In this document: positions 61,835 through 64,000 of the stretch, in pieces
Layout of the letters: the number at the start of each line of letters is the position of its first letter
How positions within the stretch are numbered: the first letter of the stretch is position 1
Origin: Candidatus Micrarchaeota archaeon
GTDB lineage: Archaea > Micrarchaeota > Micrarchaeia > Anstonellales > Anstonellaceae
Reading direction: 5' to 3'
Length of the DNA: 64,000 bases
NCBI GenBank assembly: GCA_026414185.1
Contig: JAOAJL010000003.1
Span: 2,896-66,895 of the forward strand
Made by a program: the position numbers and the translations under genes
Notes under the pieces: generated by a model
Told to the model about the DNA's origin: nothing
What the model saw: the letters and a program-made list of their open reading frames with translations, nothing else
Databases searched by the model: none

Positions 61835-61876
61835 TTCCCCTTCATGATTAAAAATACCCCCTCCAACATTTTACAT

Positions 61877-62974
61877 ATGGCGCAAAACATATTCCGCCGC
61901 TCGGCATCCCCAGAAAACCAGATATTCAAAAATGAGGAGGCGCTGCTTCCTGACTTTCTGCCGCAGCAGCTGCCTGGGCGCGAGCGCGAAATACAGGAGC
62001 TTGTCTTCTGCCTCAAGCCCGCCGCAGAAGGAAAGCAGCCGCAGCACGCGCTTTTATTCGGACCATCCGGCACAGGCAAGACCACTGTGGCGCGCTTTGT
62101 CCTAAAGGAGCTTTCGGAATATTCCCAGCACCCCCTCCCTGTCTATGTAAACTGCTGGGAGCGCTCAAGCCGCTTTTCGGTTTTCAGTGCAATCTGCGAC
62201 GCCTTGGGCGAATTCATGCCCCGCCGTGGGATAGCCGCTGACGAGATATTCGGGCGCATAGTTGAGATTGCCAAAAAAGAGGGGCGCGTGCCGGTGGTGG
62301 TGCTTGATGAAGCCGACCGCCTCTGCGCTTCGCAGGACGGGCTGCAGGTTTTGTATGACCTGTGCCGCGCAGGCGAGGTGCATTCCCTGAAAATAGGGGC
62401 AATTGCAATAACAAACGACGAGCAGTTCCACATCAGGCTGGACCCACGCGTGCGCTCCTCGTTCATCCAGAACAGCCTTGCCTTTTCGCCCTACAGCGCT
62501 TTGCAGCTTCGCGAAATACTGCGGCAGAGGTCAGAGCTTGCATTCATGCCGGGGGCGCTTGAAGCCGATGTTGTGCCCCTGTGCGCGGCAGTGGCATTCA
62601 AAAACGGCGGGGATGCGCGTGTGGCGCTGCATCTTTTGCTTTCAGCCGGCAAGGAGGCTGAGCGCCAGAACGCAAGCAGGGTCTGCGTGGAGCACGTCCG
62701 CCAGGTTCAAAGCCAGTCTCTTGAGGCATCCTCTGTGAAAGCCGAAAGGAAGCTGCCTCAGATGGACGAGGTGGACCAGAAGATAGTGGCGCTGATAAAA
62801 GAGGCTGGAAAAAGCGGGATAGAAAGCGGCAAGCTTTATGAGAAACTCAGGCGCACAATAGGCGAGCGAGCCTTGCGCAACAGGATTGAGGCGCTTGAGA
62901 AATCAGGCATAATCTCAACAGAGGAGCTCCAGCTCCGCCAAGGCAGGACAAGGCTAATCAGGATAAAGGAGTAG
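61877..62974 (+). CDS. orc1: Orc1/Cdc6 replication initiator
   Basis: Trimmed to ATG 61877 (MAQNIFRR...LLPDFLPQQLPGREREIQEL). Walker A GPSGTGKTT, Walker B VVVLDEADRL, and a C-terminal winged helix. Confidence 0.92.
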   Translation: MAQNIFRRSASPENQIFKNEEALLPDFLPQQLPGREREIQELVFCLKPAAEGKQPQHALLFGPSGTGKTTVARFVLKELSEYSQHPLPVYVNCWERSSRFSVFSAICDALGEFMPRRGIAADEIFGRIVEIAKKEGRVPVVVLDEADRLCASQDGLQVLYDLCRAGEVHSLKIGAIAITNDEQFHIRLDPRVRSSFIQNSLAFSPYSALQLREILRQRSELAFMPGALEADVVPLCAAVAFKNGGDARVALHLLLSAGKEAERQNASRVCVEHVRQVQSQSLEASSVKAERKLPQMDEVDQKIVALIKEAGKSGIESGKLYEKLRRTIGERALRNRIEALEKSGIISTEELQLRQGRTRLIRIKE

Positions 62975-64000
62975 CTACTGCCTGATTTTCACAGCCGCTT
63001 GCTCAAAGGAAACCAGCTCCTCCTTTCCGCTCTCAAGGTCGCGCAGGGTTATCTTGCCCTCCTTTTTCTCCCTTTCACCGACCACGGCAAGCCACCTGCA
63101 GACCAAAGAGGCGTATTCCACCTGTTTTTTCAGATTCCGCATGTTCAGGTCGGTCTGGGCGGCTATGCCCCTGTTCCGCAGGAAAGCGGCGACTTCCAAT
63201 GCGTAAGGGTAAAGCTCATCCTTGACTGCGGCGACAAAAACACCTCTCTTGCCCGCCTTGCGCCCCTTCAAAAGCGCCATCAGCCTTTCAATCCCAAGGG
63301 AGATGCCCACAGCAAAGTCGCCCTGCCCGTAAAGAGAAAGCAGCCCGTCATAGCGCCCCCCGCCGCCGACAGAGCCTATCTCGTCGCTTAGCCGGATTTC
63401 AAAAATCGGGCCTGTGTAATAGTCCAGCCCCCGCACAAGAGAAAAGTCAATCACTATCCCGCTCACCTTGTATTCCCGCGCCAGCTCAATTATTTTTTTC
63501 AAGTCCTCTGCCGCTTCCTTGGAATAAGATGCGGCAATTTTCAGCTTTTCCTCATTTGAGCCCCCGCCAGTCAGCTCCAAGATGAGCCTTTGGGCATCCT
63601 CCTTTTTCGCCCCCAGTTCGGCAAGCATGGAAACCACTGCGTCATTTCCGATTTTCTCCCGCTTGTCAAGTATGCGGAGGACCTGGCTTTCCTTTCCCGG
63701 CAAAAGCCTGGAGGCAACTGCGGAAATTATGCGCCGGTCGTTGAGGCGGACCGTTGCCCCCGAAAACCCAAGCCTTTCAATCGCGCTTGTGGCACAGGCT
63801 ATAAGCTCAGCCTCAGCGCGCATGGTCGGGCAGCCGATTATGTCTATGTCCGCCTGCAAAAACTCGCGCAGCCTGCCCTTTTGCGGCTCCTCCCGCCTCC
63901 AGACAGGCGCTATGCAGTAGCGCTTGAAGGGCTTCGGGAAAGCGTTTGAGGAAGCAACGCGCGAAAGTGGCACCGTCAGGTCAAAGCGCAGGGCAAGCCT
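62975..64000 (-). CDS. hisS: histidyl-tRNA synthetase (5' end beyond the window)
   Basis: Class II motif 2 region (YCIAPVWRREEPQKGRLREFLQADIDIIG), motif 3 (GGGGRYDGL), and a C-terminal anticodon-binding domain. The ORF is open to the window end. Confidence 0.9.
   Translation of the reverse strand, partial: RLALRFDLTVPLSRVASSNAFPKPFKRYCIAPVWRREEPQKGRLREFLQADIDIIGCPTMRAEAELIACATSAIERLGFSGATVRLNDRRIISAVASRLLPGKESQVLRILDKREKIGNDAVVSMLAELGAKKEDAQRLILELTGGGSNEEKLKIAASYSKEAAEDLKKIIELAREYKVSGIVIDFSLVRGLDYYTGPIFEIRLSDEIGSVGGGGRYDGLLSLYGQGDFAVGISLGIERLMALLKGRKAGKRGVFVAAVKDELYPYALEVAAFLRNRGIAAQTDLNMRNLKKQVEYASLVCRWLAVVGEREKKEGKITLRDLESGKEELVSFEQAAVKIRQ

Noticed and set aside
61835-61876. Replication origin next to orc1/cdc6
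   Set aside because: Only 42 bp separate orc1 from EndoQ, and hisS abuts its 3' end. There is no room for ORB repeats plus a DUE, and no repeated ORB-like element is seen.
1-64000. CRISPR arrays, transposases or integrases, rRNA genes, prophage-like blocks
   Set aside because: I scanned for regularly spaced direct repeats, DDE or tyrosine-recombinase motifs, and rRNA-like conserved stretches and found none. The only exact long repeat is the 36-mer pair in bud32.

Overview
Gene-dense archaeal chromosome segment. My hand counts give about 57% G+C in typical genes. Archaeal markers present: thermosome, archaeal histone, Sm protein, Hjc, DnaG-type primase, RFC small subunit, Orc1/Cdc6, ABCE1, Pelota, Cdc48, Bud32, Trm1, EndoQ, pantoate kinase, GTP-type dephospho-CoA kinase. 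Shine-Dalgarno-like GGAGGTG/GGTGAT motifs and several TTG/GTG starts are visible. The mix of a compact informational core, a giant surface protein and heavily intron-split tRNAs fits a DPANN-like or other small-celled archaeon. That lineage guess is inference only. I support about 63 CDS, 6 tRNAs and an RNase P RNA, none of which are in the ORF track. Four of the six tRNAs carry introns, six introns in total. Three sit at non-canonical positions: the T-loop in tRNA-Met and tRNA-Ala, and the D-loop in tRNA-Val. Main points of interest: (1) the multi-intron tRNAs, including a 112-nt structured intron; (2) a 1477-aa surface protein with a eukaryote-type disintegrin-like module, Myxococcus-type cysteine-rich repeats and Ig-like repeats; (3) two low-GC islands encoding a lipobox protein (next to a membrane-tethered wHTH regulator) and an SGNH-type hydrolase; (4) a ~580-bp ORF-free structured region upstream of dnaG that I cannot assign to a known RNA family; (5) an exact 36-nt palindromic repeat duplicated in frame inside bud32; (6) uncharacterised coiled-coil membrane proteins, one lying between ABCE1 and Pelota. 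No CRISPR array, transposase or integrase, or rRNA was seen.
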